From assembly GCA_033581555.1 (NCBI GenBank), contig JAVQSZ010000008.1, positions 47,433-93,854 on the forward strand: a DNA stretch of 46,422 nucleotides, given 5' to 3'. The position numbers were made by a program, and so were the translations under genes. Under the pieces are notes generated by a model, which had not been told where the DNA came from, ran no database searches, and was given only the letters and a program-made list of their open reading frames with translations. Below, in pieces: positions 45,482 to 46,422 of the stretch (within the stretch, counting starts at the first letter, position 1; each line of letters starts with the position of its first letter). The DNA is from Nitrososphaerota archaeon. GTDB lineage: Archaea > Thermoproteota > Nitrososphaeria_A > Caldarchaeales > Calditenuaceae.

Positions 45482-46422
45482 TCAGGTGACTCGGGAAGCC
45501 CTGCTGACCAGCTCCGACACCAGCGAAGTCAGGATCTGCCTGAGCCTGACCTCATCAGATGACGAAACATCCACGAGCTCGATGCCGAAGCTCTTCGCGA
45601 TGGTCTCGATTGCAGCCGGCCACTTGACGACCGCCAGCACGTAGACTTCCTTAAGCTCTTTCTCAAGTCTCAGCCAGACCGCTTCCGAGAGGACTTCACC
45701 TGCACTTCTGTAGGGCGCGCCATAAGAGAGGAAGGCGGCTAACGGACGGTCTCCTTCCTTAACTAACAGCTCCACGACGTGCGGCGTCTTCCCTGAGTCC
45801 AGGAGAACGGAAGGCGCCTCGACAATCAGCCCAGCTTCCCGCAAGAGGTTGTACAGTATCATGAACGGCTTCTTCTCCTTCTCAAGGTACTCCTTGTACT
45901 CGGGCCTGAGCCTGAAGTTGTAAAAGCGCTGATACCTCCCCGTTTGAGTGTCATAGTGATATCCGCAGTTTCTACAGGTGAACTCAGCCCGTGGTATCTC
46001 CGAGACGGATCCACATGAGTTACATCTGAAGAGCGTGGAGTAGAGCACAAAGACTGTCCCCTGTGGTCTGCCCGCGACCCCACCCTCCTTGGTACCGTGC
46101 GATTGGATGTCCTCGCTCCTTATCCTGCACTGAGGACACTCATAGTAGGTCAGCTTCATAAACGAGAGCTGGGGTCCCAGGTACCCGCAGTTTGAGCACT
46201 GTATGACCTCCTGACGCTCGATGTCCTCCGACTTGCAAAAGACGCATGTCAGCTCGTAGAAGGCGTCTGTGCTTCCGCACTTCGGGCAAGAGAGCGTCTT
46301 GAACGCGAAGTCTCCCTCGAGCACCCCTTTCCTCCACAACGACGTCAGCAGATCCAGTAGCGACTTCGAGTCCATGCCGAGCGACTCCTCCACTTCAGGG
46401 TACCTCCCTCCGAACGGGGCCC
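45482..46422 (-). CDS. TackOD1-like multi-zinc-ribbon protein with C-terminal nuclease-like fold (5' end probably beyond window)
   Basis: wHTH-like N-part then six CxxC pairs (CPKC, CVFC, CSNC, CPQC, CNSC, CRNC); C-terminal SGKTPHVVELLV...AKSFGIELV. Confidence 0.7.
   Translation of the reverse strand, partial: APFGGRYPEVEESLGMDSKSLLDLLTSLWRKGVLEGDFAFKTLSCPKCGSTDAFYELTCVFCKSEDIERQEVIQCSNCGYLGPQLSFMKLTYYECPQCRIRSEDIQSHGTKEGGVAGRPQGTVFVLYSTLFRCNSCGSVSEIPRAEFTCRNCGYHYDTQTGRYQRFYNFRLRPEYKEYLEKEKKPFMILYNLLREAGLIVEAPSVLLDSGKTPHVVELLVKEGDRPLAAFLSYGAPYRSAGEVLSEAVWLRLEKELKEVYVLAVVKWPAAIETIAKSFGIELVDVSSSDEVRLRQILTSLVSELVSRASRVT

Overview
GC-rich (AGG/GAG/GTC/CTC codon-biased) chromosomal segment of a thermophilic TACK archaeon. 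Reverse gyrase, rps26e, BHB tRNA introns and a TackOD1-like protein support this; Aigarchaeota/Caldarchaeales is an inference only. It is mostly housekeeping genes in heavily fragmented operons: coaBC-srp54-pus10, rgy, a BMP-type ABC transporter, truD, orphan sufD, UDP-sugar enzymes, rpl19e-rpl18, rps26e, thpR, copA, orphan nuoL, type IV pilins with tadC, and four tRNAs. The main find lies between tRNA-Gly and thpR (about 26.2-33.8 kb). It is a compact, apparently intact Caudoviricetes-type virion gene cluster with host-like codon usage, split into two divergent operons. The minus strand carries portal, prohead protease, decoration protein, HK97-type capsid and an RHH protein. The plus strand carries an RHH protein, tail tube, tail chaperone with a candidate TTT-CGG +1 frameshift, HK97-gp10-like protein and tape measure. 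No terminase, integrase, replication, baseplate or lysis gene is present. It is a candidate domesticated (GTA-like) element or defective provirus. Directly downstream of the capsid operon is a 58-aa alpha3-truncated histone-fold gene missed by the ORF track. Between that gene and tRNA-Gly is a decayed LAGLIDADG-like fragment flanked by a degenerate copy of the tRNA 3' end. All calls come from reading motifs by eye; no searches were run.
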